Below are positions 1 to 12,400 of a stretch of DNA of 64,000 nt, piece by piece (the stretch's first letter is position 1; the number at the start of each line of letters is the position of its first letter). Source of the DNA: Pelagomonas calceolata (lineage: Eukaryota). Position numbers and translations under genes: made by a program. The DNA is taken from NCBI GenBank assembly GCA_918797485.1, contig CAKKNE010000003.1:1240001-1304000 (forward strand), written 5' to 3'. The notes under the pieces were generated by a model. It saw nothing but the letters and a program-made list of their open reading frames with translations, was not told the DNA's origin and ran no database searches.

Positions 1-1617
1 GTATCAACCAGTCCCGGGCTACCCGCCGCAGCCGCAGTACCCCTACGCGCAGCCCGGGTATGCCTATCCGCCGCAGCAGACGTATGGGGCCGCCCCTGCT
101 TATTACCCGCAGCCCGTGGTACCAGCAGCACCGGTCGCCGCGCCGCCGGCGCCACCCGCGCCTGCCCCAGCACCAGTAGCTGTGGAATTACCAGAGGGAG
201 CCAAAGCCCCCATGAACGTGTTTGTGGGCAAATTACCGTTAGACGTCCACGAATCGTGTGTCGAAGCGCTACTCAAGCAGTGCGGCGGCGTGCTCAAGTG
301 GAAGCGATCGGTCGGTGATAATAATGTTCCCAAGGCGTTTGGGTTTTGCACCTTTAGCGATGCGCAAGGCGCTCTAGCTGCCGTGGAGCTGCTGAATGAA
401 TTCGACTTGAAAGGGCAAAAAATACAAGTGAAGACGGGCCAGAAGGAGCAGGCTATCCTTGATGACTTGATCACGAAGCGGCGCGCTTTGACGTCGGCGG
501 CCACGCAGACGTATTCATCGCCTCCTGGGGGGGTCCAACGGACTCCCGCCGACGAGGAGAAATTATCAAGGCTGCGTACTTTTGTATCGACTATAGATAC
601 GACGAAGCCCGTGCCTGCGGCTGCCCTCGCGTCATTAATGCCGAACGCGCCCGCACCGGGCTCCAAAGAACAAATGATCGCCGAGGAGATGGAGAAGTTC
701 CGCGAGAAACAAGCGCAACGCGACAAGGAGCTCGAGGACGAGCGCCGACGGAAGCTCCAGGCCAAGGTCCAGGAAGCTCAAGCGTTGGAGAAGACCATAA
801 GTGCATCATTGGATTCGGCGAAGAAGCGCACGCTGGGCATGAAGGGTGGTCCCGAAAAGCGGCCGAAGCTCGAGACGCCGGCGGCGGTACGTATTTCCCC
901 TGCTCCCGCCATCGCGTCGACGGCGTGGAGGGCGCCGCCGCCGCCATCGCCGTCGCCGCGGGGCCGCGCCGCGCGAGAGCCAAGCCGTGCTCACGCTACG
1001 CCCCCGTCGCAGACCGCGCTCGCGCCGAACGCGCCCAAGCTCGGCTTCTCGCTTGGCGGCGCGCCGGCGCCGCCGCGGGGCTTCAAGCCCGGGCTGGCTA
1101 CCTCTGCGTTTGGCGCCGAGGAGGCTTCTAAGCCGCGCGTGCTCCAGAAACTCGACGACGACGAGTCCGCGGCGCCAGCGCCCTCTTTATCTGATAATCA
1201 ATCATCCGCGCGCGCGGCCACAGACGAGGATGCCAAAAAGCGCGACCGCGCCATCGCCGAGGCCATCCCGACCGACGCCGACCAGCTCTTCAAGGCCACC
1301 GTGGATTGGGCCGCCGTACGTTCACCGGTGTCCTCTGTATCAACTTGTATCATTGCAACATATAGGTGGAGCGCGCGGGCGTCGTCCAGGCCAAGTTACG
1401 ACCGTGGGTCGCCAAAAAAATCGCCGAGTATCTGGGGGAAGAGGAGCCCACACTGATCAATTACATCTGTTCCTGCTTAGGGCGAAGGGCCAAACCAGAA
1501 GAAATCCGCGACGAGCTCGCACTGGTCTTGGACGAAGACGCGCAGACCATGGTCGTCAAGCTGTGGCGCGTCCTATTGTTCCACGCGGCGAAGGCGGCGC
1601 AGCGCCCCTCTGCGTGA
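1..1617 (+). CDS. RBM25: RBM25/Snu71-like splicing factor (RRM + PWI), 5' end outside window
   Basis: RRM (NVFVGKLP...KAFGFCTF) and charged coil. Removing GT-AG intron 1316-1365 joins DWAA|VERAG to a PWI domain (LRPWVAKKIAEYLGEEEPTLI...KLWRVLLF). Possible in-frame intron 887-1012. Confidence 0.85.
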
Positions 1618-1916
1618 AAAATATTTTCGCGGGCGTTTTCTCTTACCCTTTCCGGCGTTCCTTCTGGCAGGTCCCGCGGCGGCGGCGAGCGATAGCGGTG
1701 ATCCGGGCGGCGTTGCGCGCTCGGCTGAATGTGTTCTTAACCTAAGACTCTCTAGACTAGGTTGCGCGTCGCGTCGCGCCGGTCCGCTCCTAGAGTTAGT
1801 CCGTCCGCTCCTAGAAGTGGCGGCGAAAAAGCAGCTGCACCTCGTTCTCTGTACGACGATGCTAGGATTAATCCTGTTACCGTGCTACAGAGGCGTACAA
1901 GCTCGTACCTTGTTTC

Positions 1917-1939
1917 CTAGTGTGTTACAGACCGCTAGC
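1917..1939 (-). promoter_or_regulatory. Conserved upstream motif copy (GCTAGCG..GTAAGACACTAG family)
   Basis: CTAGTGTGTTACAGACCGCTAGC, upstream of GlnRS. Confidence 0.65.
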
Positions 1940-2149
1940 CACTCTTGTCGTCGAGCTTCGCGAGTAGCGAGCTGGTGCAGAGCAGAGCTCGCAAGGAAGA
2001 GCAGTTGCTACTTATAGAAATAGCTGAGCCAGCCGCTCACCGCCTGACGCCATCGCTGCGACGGCATTGATCCATCGCCGCCACAGCAGCACAGAGAGGA
2101 TTTTGCTGCAAAAAACGACCGCCCGGCGAGCAACGTGCCCAGAAGCAGC

Positions 2150-4234
2150 ATGCTCAAGCGCGCCTGGTGGGCGAAAAGCCCATCATCCAAATGGGTGGGT
2201 ACCGAGAAACCGGAAGAAAAGGACGGCTCGCGCGCACAGTGGGCGCTCGACCGGCGGACCGACCCGTTGTTAGGCCGCACGCTCACGCACTGGCCCGAAG
2301 CATCACAAAGTGGAGGCCCCCAGACCTGCAACAACACCGAGGCATTACTCAAGGAGCACCAAGCGCTCAACGGCAAAGCAATAAGGACAAGGTTCCCACC
2401 GGAGCCCAACGGGTACTTACACTTAGGACATGCCAAGTCCATGAACATGAACTTTTCGCTAGCTTTCGAAAGGCTAGAGGGCGCCGGCGTTACCTGCAAG
2501 CGCGAAACGGTGTTCCGGTACGACGACACGAATCCCGAAGCTGAGACCAAGGAGTTCATCGAGTCGCTCGCGACGGACGTGCAGTGGATGGGCTGGACGC
2601 CCGTCGTAACGACGCATACGTCCGACTATTTTCCCGTCTTCTACGCCATGGCGCTGGAGCTCATCGACAAGGGCAAGGCGTATGTCTGCCACCAGTCGTC
2701 GTCGGAGATCGAGGCGTGTCGCAGTGTAGCCAAAGCTCGAGTGGCGTTGAAGGCCATGCAGGATCCTCCTGCGGAACTCGTAGCCGAAGCGAAATTACAC
2801 GAACCGTCGGCGCACGAGTCACCTTATAGGAATCGAAGTGTAGCAGAAAACCACGCCTTGTTCGAGAAGATGCGCAACGGCACGACAGCGGAAGGCGAGT
2901 GCACGTTGCGACTGAAAATGTACGAGGAGGGCGGGAGTAATTTCAACATGTTCGACCAAGTGGCTTATAGGGTCAAACATCGCGCGCACCCCCACGCGGG
3001 CGACGCGTGGTGCATGTATCCTACTTATGACTACACGCACTGCATCGTGGATGCTTTAGAACATGTGGATTACTCCATCTGTACCTTAGAATTTGAGACG
3101 CGACGCGAATCATATTATTGGGTGCTCGACGCCCTGGACCTGTATCGGCCCAAGGTCTTCGAGATGTCGCGGCTGAACGTGTCCCATGTGGTCCTCTCGA
3201 AGAGAAAACTCACGAAACTCGTAGATACCGGTAAGGTAAGAGGATGGGACGATCCGAGGATGCCGACGATCTCTGGTCTGCGGCGGCGGGGCTACTCGCC
3301 GGCGGCCGTCAACGCGTTCTGTCGGGACGTTGGGGTTACTCGTAATGAGAACTTCATCGAGTACTCGAGGCTGCAACACTTCGCGAGGCAAGACCTCGAG
3401 GAACGCGCCGATCGGAGGATGGCGGTGCGCGAGCCGCTGAAGGTTACTCTGGTTGGCGATGCGTCGTTATTCAGGACGTATGACGCGCCGAACCACCCGA
3501 CCGATGCGTCACGAGGGACGAGACCGCTGACACTTACCAAAGTAGTATACATCGAAGCCTCGGACTTCCGCGAAGTTGATAGTAAGGACTTTTACGGTTT
3601 GGCACTGAACAAGTGGGCTCGCTTGCGTTATTGCGTCTGCCTCAAATGCATTTCTGTGGAGAAGGACGGCATCACGTGCGAAATTTCTGACAAGGTCGAG
3701 AAGGACCCTAGGGGTAAACTGCACTGGGTGTCGTCTGATGCTATGCAGTGTGAGTTGCGGGACTACGACCACCTATTCACGGTAGGAAAAGTCGATGATG
3801 AGAAGTGGGAGTCGCAACTTTCAGAGACGTCACTCGTCGTGCGTGACAAGGCGCTCGTCGAGCGCCTAGAACGGCCTAGTGATGGGACGGCCTTCCAGTT
3901 CGAGCGACTGGGCTTCTACGCCGTGGACCCCGACGCTACCACTGATAGGTTAGTCTTCAACCTCACAGTACCTCTGAAGTCAGGCGCGCCCGTCAAAAAA
4001 GAAGCGGGCGTTTCTCGGAAAGCGCAGCAGGAAGCGGATCGCCTGAAGAAGGAGGCCCTGAAGAAGGTGAAACCTCAAGATTTATTTCGGACCGATGAGT
4101 ATAATGCGTGGGACGCGGACGGCATTCCGACGCACAATAAGGCTGGCGAGCCGTTGTCCAAGTCATTGATCAAGAAGTGCAAGAAGGAGTGGGCCAAGCA
4201 GAAGAAGCTCTACGAGGCCGCGAACAAGGCGTAA
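2150..4234 (+). CDS. QARS: Glutaminyl-tRNA synthetase
   Basis: TRFPPEPNGYLHLGHAK (HIGH), RYDDTNP, YPTYDYTHC, CTLEF, VLSKRK, GWDDPRMPT, FQFERLGFY. Start codon uncertain. Confidence 0.93.
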   Translation: MLKRAWWAKSPSSKWVGTEKPEEKDGSRAQWALDRRTDPLLGRTLTHWPEASQSGGPQTCNNTEALLKEHQALNGKAIRTRFPPEPNGYLHLGHAKSMNMNFSLAFERLEGAGVTCKRETVFRYDDTNPEAETKEFIESLATDVQWMGWTPVVTTHTSDYFPVFYAMALELIDKGKAYVCHQSSSEIEACRSVAKARVALKAMQDPPAELVAEAKLHEPSAHESPYRNRSVAENHALFEKMRNGTTAEGECTLRLKMYEEGGSNFNMFDQVAYRVKHRAHPHAGDAWCMYPTYDYTHCIVDALEHVDYSICTLEFETRRESYYWVLDALDLYRPKVFEMSRLNVSHVVLSKRKLTKLVDTGKVRGWDDPRMPTISGLRRRGYSPAAVNAFCRDVGVTRNENFIEYSRLQHFARQDLEERADRRMAVREPLKVTLVGDASLFRTYDAPNHPTDASRGTRPLTLTKVVYIEASDFREVDSKDFYGLALNKWARLRYCVCLKCISVEKDGITCEISDKVEKDPRGKLHWVSSDAMQCELRDYDHLFTVGKVDDEKWESQLSETSLVVRDKALVERLERPSDGTAFQFERLGFYAVDPDATTDRLVFNLTVPLKSGAPVKKEAGVSRKAQQEADRLKKEALKKVKPQDLFRTDEYNAWDADGIPTHNKAGEPLSKSLIKKCKKEWAKQKKLYEAANKA

Positions 4235-4526
4235 GATTAGACTAGACCTTGGGTGTGTCGCGAGGCTCCCTAGAAGTTGAGTGCGGGTTTCTCCGCGCCT
4301 ACGACTATCCTTAAGATCCCTCGTGTCATCGAACGCTCGCAATGCAGAGCTGCCTATTATCCCCCCCTTTCACTCGTCGCGGGGCTGGCCTGGCAACGGG
4401 CGCTCGGCAGCGTTGCGCAAAGAGGCGACCGTCGACGCCGTCCGAGCGGGGTCATTGCTGCCCGGCGTCGCACCCGGACGCTGCGCGCCGCGCGCGAACC
4501 GTCGCGTGCGGTGCTGAACAGGACAG

Positions 4527-6008
4527 ATGCGGGCAGCCCCGGCCTACTCCAAGCCCACGGCGGCCGCCCAGAGGAAGCGCGGCCCGCGGCCACGGCCGAG
4601 GCCGAGGAGTGGCCGCCCATTAGAAGCCGCGGACGCGCCGGTCATCAACGGTTTGTTCGCGCATGGCCGCGGCGACTCGCGCCAGGCGACGCCGCCCGAG
4701 AAGGAAAATCGACGGGGCGACGATGTGTTTATGGCCCAGGCCGAGCTGCGGGCGCTCGAGGCGCTGAACGCAAAGCTGCAAGAGGACCTCATCAAGCTGG
4801 AAGAGCTAAACCAAACTTTAGAAATTGAGAAGTCCGAGGCCGTCTCGCAACAACAAGCCACCGAAAAGAAGGTGCGGAGGCTCGAGCTCGAGTTGCGCGA
4901 CGGGAGGCGCGACTTCGAGAAGGCGGAACATGATGCAGAAGAGCGAGAGCGCGAAGCTCGACGGTGCCGCGATAGTGAGAAGGTCGCCGTGAATGAGGCG
5001 GAAGAATTAAGACGGGAAGTGGCCGATCTGACGGAGCGGAATCAACGGTCCGAGGAGGTCATCGAGCAGCTGAGGGTCGCGGAGAACAACGCTCGTGTTC
5101 AAGCCGAGAACGAGAACAAGCGCGCCGACCACGCGGAGCGGCAGCTCGTCGAGATCCACGAGGCCTTCGAGGGCGAGAAACTGCGGTTGCGGGACGAGAA
5201 TAATCAGTTGGCCGAGGACGTGGCCACGGAGCGCGAGTGGCGCGAGGCGGCTCAAGCTGAATTAGACGATCTTAAGGCCCAGCAACCACTCGATCAAGAG
5301 GACGACGAGGAGGACTTCGCCCCGGACTTCGTGCCGCCGTCCGTCGTACAAAGGGCAGAGCCGCCGAAGCAGGCGCCGAGGGTAGTGGGCGGCTTCGGCT
5401 ATAAGAAGACGGCCGTGAAAAGGCCGGGCAACAAGCCCGACGGCGCACCGTCCGATCAAGTGACGCCCCAGGCCGTGACGGCGTCGGACTGGAAGCGGCG
5501 GTGGCGCGAGGAGAAGAGACGCGCCGACGTCTTGCACTCCCAACTCGCGAAAGTGCGAGAGCAATGTAATGACGCCGAGAAGGCGCGCGATGAACTCCAA
5601 GGGAGTTTGGAGAGAGCCAAGAGCGCCGTGCGCTTCGAAAGACATCGGGCCCAGCGCGCCAAGGGGTCGGTGCTGCCGAAGCGCGCGGCCAAGGTCGTGT
5701 CCCGGGCGTCGCCCGAGCCGCCCCGGTCCGTGAAGAAGGCGTCGGCGAAGAAGGCGCCTGCGACCAAAAAGGTGGCCGCGGTCCGGCCCGCGACGCCCGG
5801 GAGCTGGGAGTCTGAAGAAAGCGAAGACGACGCGCCCGTGTTTTTGAGGGACGACTCGGACGACGATTCCGACGACGGCGTCCCTATGTTTTTACGGGAG
5901 GACGACGCGATCGACTCGGCCGTGCGGCGGAACTACGACTACGTTCCTGAATTAGGGAATCGGAAGGTGCCGCCGAAGGGGAAGTTCCTGCCGCTGGGTG
6001 ATGACTAA
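4527..6008 (+). CDS. Coiled-coil protein of unknown function
   Basis: 493-aa ORF, E/R/K-rich heptad-like middle region, acidic C-terminus. Confidence 0.65.
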   Translation: MRAAPAYSKPTAAAQRKRGPRPRPRPRSGRPLEAADAPVINGLFAHGRGDSRQATPPEKENRRGDDVFMAQAELRALEALNAKLQEDLIKLEELNQTLEIEKSEAVSQQQATEKKVRRLELELRDGRRDFEKAEHDAEEREREARRCRDSEKVAVNEAEELRREVADLTERNQRSEEVIEQLRVAENNARVQAENENKRADHAERQLVEIHEAFEGEKLRLRDENNQLAEDVATEREWREAAQAELDDLKAQQPLDQEDDEEDFAPDFVPPSVVQRAEPPKQAPRVVGGFGYKKTAVKRPGNKPDGAPSDQVTPQAVTASDWKRRWREEKRRADVLHSQLAKVREQCNDAEKARDELQGSLERAKSAVRFERHRAQRAKGSVLPKRAAKVVSRASPEPPRSVKKASAKKAPATKKVAAVRPATPGSWESEESEDDAPVFLRDDSDDDSDDGVPMFLREDDAIDSAVRRNYDYVPELGNRKVPPKGKFLPLGDD

Positions 6009-6090
6009 GGGTGTTTGCGCTTATTTCTGTGACGGTGCTGGTTGATATTGTTACGGTGCTAGGACTAGTGGGCGGCGCCGGAAATCATTA

Positions 6091-6111
6091 GCTAGCGGTG
6101 TAAGGCACTAG
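6091..6111 (+). promoter_or_regulatory. Conserved upstream motif copy
   Basis: GCTAGCGGTGTAAGGCACTAG, upstream of the hydroxylase. Confidence 0.65.
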
Positions 6112-6263
6112 AAAGCATAGAAAAACGTCATACGTGTAACGGTTAAAGCACGGCACCAGCGGCGCCCCGGACAGCCGTGCTCTCGGGACGTGGCAACACA
6201 CGACTGATCTACAAGCCTGCGCAATTTGGGGCGTAACGAGCCGCTGCGACCGGAGATCTAGCC

Positions 6264-7436
6264 ATGTGCCGCCCGCCCCAGCCCAGTGAGCTGGTCGCCG
6301 ACGCCGCCAGGGACGCCGCCGCGCCCGCGACCGCCGCCAAGGACGCCGCCACCACAATAAAGGAGGAGCCGCTCCCCTACGCCCGCACGGAGCACAACAA
6401 GCACTTTGGAGTTACGGAGGAGCAGCAGGGGCTCATCCTGCTCGTCGGTTTACTAATAGCGGGCTTCGCCACGACGCGCTTCGATTCAGTAAATACGACG
6501 GTCCGCCTGCGGGACATTGGGATACTGTACCTCCTGTCGTATATTGTGAGGAGCATCTACAACCCTTACCTCGAGTGGGCCTATCACACGTACCCAGAAA
6601 GACGCATCCAGAAGGACTCGCGCCCATCACAGTACCGGGACGAGACGCAGCGCACCGAAGATGAATTGGCCTTGATCGAGTGGCACGACCGCCTCACGGG
6701 GCTGTCCACGTTCTGTTTGTTGGTGGGGTGCTACGTGTACGGTGGGCATTTGCTCTACCCGACCGTCACCGTGCCGGAGCAGTACGCGGACCGTCCTTAT
6801 GTGTATTGGTTCGTACGGACCATAGCGCATCATTATTGTTTTTCGTTCGGGATGTACTGGGCGCACCGCTACTTACACGTCAATAAATTCCTCTGGCGCC
6901 ACGTCCATTCGTTACATCATTTCGCGAAGACGCCTTTAGCGAGGACGACCTACATGGACCACTGGGCCGACAACTTCTTTAACGCTTTTATATGTGAAGT
7001 GTGTGCCCCTATCATCGTGCCGCTGCCGTTTCCCGTGCTCGTCGCGTCGCGGCTGTTCCGCATCTGCGAATCGTTGGAGAAGCACTCGGGTCTCGCGGGC
7101 GGTTTTAATATCGTGCACACGGCCCAACGACTACTCCCCTTCGCCCAGATGCCGCACCACCACGACTGGCACCACGAAGGCCACTGCGGGTCGAATTATA
7201 CGTTCGCGTCGCTGGGCGGCCTGTGGGACGTGTTATTTAATTCGCGCCACCACGGCCGGAGCAACGGCTACGCGGAGTGCGCGGCGACGCGCGACGACAA
7301 CTACCGCATCGAGCGCCAGCTCAAGCCGTCGTTCCGGGCCAAGGGCATGGGTTGGGACCACCCGCTGATCACGCCGCAGCCGCTCCTCGCGTACTTTTTG
7401 CTCACGGTGCACTGCGCGACGCACACGCACTTCTAG
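6264..7436 (+). CDS. Fatty acid hydroxylase / sterol desaturase family membrane di-iron enzyme
   Basis: His boxes HRYLH, HSLHH and HHHDWHH, downstream NY...WDVLF, several hydrophobic segments. Confidence 0.85.
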   Translation: MCRPPQPSELVADAARDAAAPATAAKDAATTIKEEPLPYARTEHNKHFGVTEEQQGLILLVGLLIAGFATTRFDSVNTTVRLRDIGILYLLSYIVRSIYNPYLEWAYHTYPERRIQKDSRPSQYRDETQRTEDELALIEWHDRLTGLSTFCLLVGCYVYGGHLLYPTVTVPEQYADRPYVYWFVRTIAHHYCFSFGMYWAHRYLHVNKFLWRHVHSLHHFAKTPLARTTYMDHWADNFFNAFICEVCAPIIVPLPFPVLVASRLFRICESLEKHSGLAGGFNIVHTAQRLLPFAQMPHHHDWHHEGHCGSNYTFASLGGLWDVLFNSRHHGRSNGYAECAATRDDNYRIERQLKPSFRAKGMGWDHPLITPQPLLAYFLLTVHCATHTHF

Positions 7437-7601
7437 ATCCTCCTGACGGTGCGACGCACACTCACTCTTAGCCCCTCCGCGCTCGGGCGCGTCACGCGCC
7501 GCCCGCCGCGGAGGTATACCCCCCTGACGATAGATTCCTCGGAGGTAACATTCGAAATCAGAAAACTTAGTGGTAGGGGGAAACGACGACAACAAGCATG
7601 A

Positions 7602-8966
7602 TCAGGAGAACTCCCGGCCCGGGAACAGCGACGGCGCCACGCACGTCCAGATATAGAGCAACCCGGCGACCCACTGCGACGCCGCAATGATCCACATCGC
7701 GACCTGGCCGGCGGACGGCGCGGCTGCATTTCCCGCCTTCTCGAGCGAGCCCCAGTTTGTCAGGACCATCGCGAGGTACATGGACATCAGCGCCATCACC
7801 ACATTAAAGGACAGGACCTCGGCCGGCGTTTTTTGACTGATGGGCGTGTCGTCGTCCGACTGGCTCTCGACGCTCTCCGCCGTCCGCGTGGCGTCGTAGT
7901 CATCCGTAGCTTCTGCGGTCGGTTTTCCTCTTTGGTCTAATTGACCAGTAAGCATCTTCTGCATCGTGTCGCCGCCAGGGGCATTATCTGATGTACTACG
8001 GCCGTCCTGGAGGTACTTGACACTGGCCGACGCGGAGTACACAGAGTATGCTAACGCTATCAACGTCACGAACAACCCCACAAACACGGACACCCAGTCG
8101 TCGCCCTTTCGATGGAAGGCGTTGCACCTTTCTACTGGATTTGCTGCGACGGCTGAGGATGCGAGGTAGACGAGATAGACCGCGACCACTGATGATGTCA
8201 GTAGGTTGGCATCTTTACTGACGAATAGTTGTGATAAAGTAGCGAACACCACCAGTATCAAAGTTATCGACAGTATGGTGTCCGGGGCGGGGCAGTCTCC
8301 ACGGACAGCTGGGGAGGAGAAATAGGTGAATAACAAAGCTATTCCGACAATAGCCGCCACGTATAGTATCAGTGCTCCGACAAGTAACGCTACTAGGGGC
8401 GACGGGTAGCCGCACCACAAATCAACATCTTCCTCCGCTATCGCCACTAGTGAATCATTCGCCCAGTAAGCAAGATCAATAAGTAGAATCTGCTGCAGGA
8501 TCACAAAGATGAAGCCCCCGAACCGCGCGACCCACACATATCCCTCCAGACCAAACACCGGGTTCGGAATTAGTAATGAAATACAGAGTAGTAAGATCCA
8601 TCCGAAGAGCTTCGCGACCCACCTCCGATCGTGAAACGACGGGTCCAGCCACGACACCGTAGCGTTGCTGATGAAGAAAAAAGCTGTACAACATGAGACT
8701 CTGTACACCGCGGCGGCGCCTTTGCAGGCATTTGTGTCGCAGCCTTGGTTGAAGGCATAATAATCTAAATGGCGCACCGGTAGATAATACTGCCCTATGA
8801 GCGAGAACACGATAGCCAGGATCATGACCCACATGCTGCCGACGCGGCCCGCGTCGGGGTTCACGTGGCCTTCTTTAGTCTTAGTGCCGCAGGCGCAGCA
8901 CGCTCTACAAACGCCCTCGCAGCAGGCGCAGGCCGCGCAGCAGGCGAGCGAGGCGACGCAGCCCAT
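7602..8966 (-). CDS. SERINC: Serine incorporator (Serinc/TMS1) membrane protein
   Basis: Cys-rich N-terminus, AVYRVS, LQQILLID, LLTSSVV, SMYLAMVLTNW, LYIWT.VAP..FP.REFS. Confidence 0.92.
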   Translation of the reverse strand: MGCVASLACCAACACCEGVCRACCACGTKTKEGHVNPDAGRVGSMWVMILAIVFSLIGQYYLPVRHLDYYAFNQGCDTNACKGAAAVYRVSCCTAFFFISNATVSWLDPSFHDRRWVAKLFGWILLLCISLLIPNPVFGLEGYVWVARFGGFIFVILQQILLIDLAYWANDSLVAIAEEDVDLWCGYPSPLVALLVGALILYVAAIVGIALLFTYFSSPAVRGDCPAPDTILSITLILVVFATLSQLFVSKDANLLTSSVVAVYLVYLASSAVAANPVERCNAFHRKGDDWVSVFVGLFVTLIALAYSVYSASASVKYLQDGRSTSDNAPGGDTMQKMLTGQLDQRGKPTAEATDDYDATRTAESVESQSDDDTPISQKTPAEVLSFNVVMALMSMYLAMVLTNWGSLEKAGNAAAPSAGQVAMWIIAASQWVAGLLYIWTCVAPSLFPGREFS

Positions 8967-9495
8967 TTTTTTTTTGTGTTGTCTGGAGAGCGCGCTTTGT
9001 GTCTACTTGTTGTGCGCGTCGAAGGCGTAATACAAGCTAGGATTCACTCGGTATGTATGACAGCTCTCTGATTTCGATCACTGATGATCGATAACAATCT
9101 AGAATATAAAAACAGCGTCGTCTATTTGCTTTGTGCTGTGCTTTTGCCAGGAGCATAAAATTTTAGAACGCACGACGACTCGTCCGCTGCGCGTCCAAAG
9201 AGTCCTCTGAGAGGTGCTGAATGTACATTTTTGTCGGACGGTAGCCTCGAACCCCGTACCCAACATTTACAAATCGCGTGCTGGGCGGAGGGAAACGCGC
9301 GGACTGCGAGGACCGCAGCACTGGGCGCCGGCTCGAGCCAGCAGGGACTTGCCTCCCGTCCAAATCTTGGGTTGCCCGCGGGCGCGCCCGTGCCGCCCGG
9401 AGGGAGTGGCACCCAAGCCCGGATTGGGGCTGCCGGAGCGGCCGAGGACCGCGACGTAATTAGCCTGAGCCTGAGGACGACGAAGGAGGGACAAG

Positions 9496-12400
9496 ATGTT
9501 CGTCTACCTCAGTAAGAAGATCGCCATCCCCAACGGCGTCAAGCTCCACAGCTTGGCGTGGAACCCCGACCACGGCTGGCTCGCGGCTGGTGGGGCTGAT
9601 GGTTTACTTAAGGTACTTAAACTCGATGCGCCGCGGCCTGCCGGTGCCACACAAGCACCTTCTAATTTATCGATGAACCAAACATTAGAGGGCCACCAGG
9701 GCGCCGTCGTGTGTTCGACGTGGAACGCGAATTACCGCAAACTCACCACTTCAGATCAAAATGGTTTAATAATAGTCTGGATGTTACATAAAGGCGTCTG
9801 GTTCGAGGAGATGATCAACAACCGCAATAGGTCAGTAGTCAAAGCGATGAAATGGACTCCGGACGGCCAGAAGATTTGTATCGTCTATGAGGACGGGGCG
9901 GTCATCGTCGGTTCTGTCGATGGGAATCGGTTGTGGGGCAAGGAGATGGAGACCGGTTTAACTAATGTGGAGTGGTCGCCGGACGCGTCGTATATCTTAT
10001 TCGTGACTACGGATAGTGAACTCCATATATATGATTCGCAAGGTACGAAGGTGAAATCAATCCCCTCGCTGAGTGATAGAAGTGAATCCAAAAAGAAGCG
10101 CGCCGGCAACGCATTGATAGTCGCCATCGACTGGTACGACGGCATGGAAGGGTATGCGGACAGTACGGCACCGACGCTGGCCGTGGCGTACGCCGATGGT
10201 CGCGTGCAGCTCGCTAGAGGCTCAGATGATGCGGACCCCATCATCATCGATTCTGGGTTGAGATTGAGGGAGTGCAAGTGGGACACGCGGGGCACGACGC
10301 TAGCCTTGGCCGGCACGTCCGAGGAGAAGAAGGACGCTGTCGTGCGGTTCTACTCCCCGAAGGGCGTCAAATTACGCTCGTTAAAAGTGCCAGGCGGCGG
10401 CATCAACGCCTTATCCTGGGAAGGCGGTGGCTTGCGCATCGCATTAGCGGTCGACGCCTACATCTACTTTGCCAATGCGCGACCCGAGCACAAGTGGGGC
10501 CTGTTTGCCGGGGAGGTGATCGTCGCGGCCTACCAGCCTCCTGAGCGATCTGGTACGGCTTTAGTTTTTTGGGATTTGAGAACCGGCGACAAAGTTAAAA
10601 AACGTGCAAACGGTTTAAGACATGTCAAGGCCGTCGGCGACCACTGCGTGACCATCTGCGATGAAGTAGATATCCAGTCCAAGAAAACGACACATGCTAT
10701 TAAGTTACGAGACGCTATAGGTGTCGTCGTGGAGGAACGTTCAAGTCCACTGGACCCCAAGTTCTGTTCTCTGACCGAACACTTCTGCTTAGTGGCTTCC
10801 GAGCGCTATGTTTATGTGTGGCAATTTGCCAGACAACAATCGGTAAAAGGCCGCGAGCAGAAGATGCAGAAGGAATTGATAAGTCTGAGGGAGGCCGGTG
10901 GTCGGGAGAAGGTCCTGGACGTCGAAGATGGTTCTTCCCTACCTCTGAATGAGTTCCGCGAGGATGATGAGCGCATGAGGGACCCCATAACAGCAATAAC
11001 GGCTTCCGAAAAAGCATTGTTCGTCGGTAGAAGGAACGGCGACGTCCACGAGTTCGCGCTACCGACGCTCAGGCAGAAATGTATCCATAGATACCACTCG
11101 GCGCCGTGGTTGTTGCGGGTGAACTGCGACGCTTCCAAGATCGCTGTCGTCGACGCGCACGGTCGACTGGGTGTCCTGGATCTGTCAGCTGCAGACCCCG
11201 AGCGCCGTAAAGTCGTCAGAGACGAGTTCTCGGAAGAAAAGGAGGAAAAGAAGGATTCAGAGGACGTCCAACCGGTCATGAAATTGGAGAGGAAGGACTG
11301 CTGGGACGTCTTGTGGGCCGAGGACGATGCTGACAGTTTTGCGGCCATGGAGAAGACGCGGCTCTGCGTCTACAAGAATCTCGAGCCGGAGGAGCCCGTC
11401 GTGTGTTCTGGGTATCTCGCATCGTTCAAGGACTTGCAGGTCACTTCTGTGGTCTTGGAGCACGTCGTCCAGTCGCCAGATAAAGTGCAAAAAGACTCCG
11501 TCGTTAGCAATGACACGGCTCGACTGAGGGAATTGAAGGACAAAATAGCCCAGACGGGCGCGTCCGACGCGTATAACTTTGTGGACGCGAACCCCCATCC
11601 TCGACTGTGGCGGCATTTAGCGGAAGCTGCTTTAGAAGCTCTTGACTTGCAATGTGCGGATAAAGCTTTTGTGCGGTGCAGCGACTACCAGGGCATCCAA
11701 TTCGTGAAAAGGTTACGAGCGTTGTCGGACCGCATGAAGAGGAAAGCGGAAGTTGCTGCGTTTTTCGGGCGCTTCGAGGAGGCCGAACAAATTTATAGGG
11801 ATATCGACCGCAAGGACTTGGCCATTGATCTGAGGACGCGGTTGGGCGACTGGCAGCGCGTCGCCGAGTTGGTTCGATCTGGTGCGGGCGATGATAAAAC
11901 GCTCCAAGCGTCTTACTTGAAATTAGGAGACCACTACGCGGGGAGAAGTAGATGGTCTCGTGCTAGAGAATTTTACGACCTCGCTGGGGATGTTGAAAAA
12001 AGAGCTTCCTGTTATTATAGACTGGAGGACTTTGACGCCCTCGAGAAGTTGCTCTCGAATTTACCTGAAAGGCATCCGTTGCTCGGGGAACTGGGTCGCA
12101 TGTTCGAGTCTGTAGGACTGCACACTCCGGCGGTCGACGCATATCTCAGAGCCAACGAACCTAAACAAGCCGTGGACTGCTGTGTTTTGTTGAACCAGTG
12201 GGAACGCGCGGCAGAAATAGCCGAGGACCACGGGTACCAGCAGATCGAGGGGTTGCTAGCGAAGCGATCCGGGCAGCTACTAAGGGAGGGCCAGAAACTG
12301 TTGGCTGTCGAGTTATATCGGAGGGCCAACCGGCCCACGGACGCCGCCAAGTTACTGGCCACAATAGCGGAAGAAGTCGGCGTCAAGAACGCCTGTCCGG

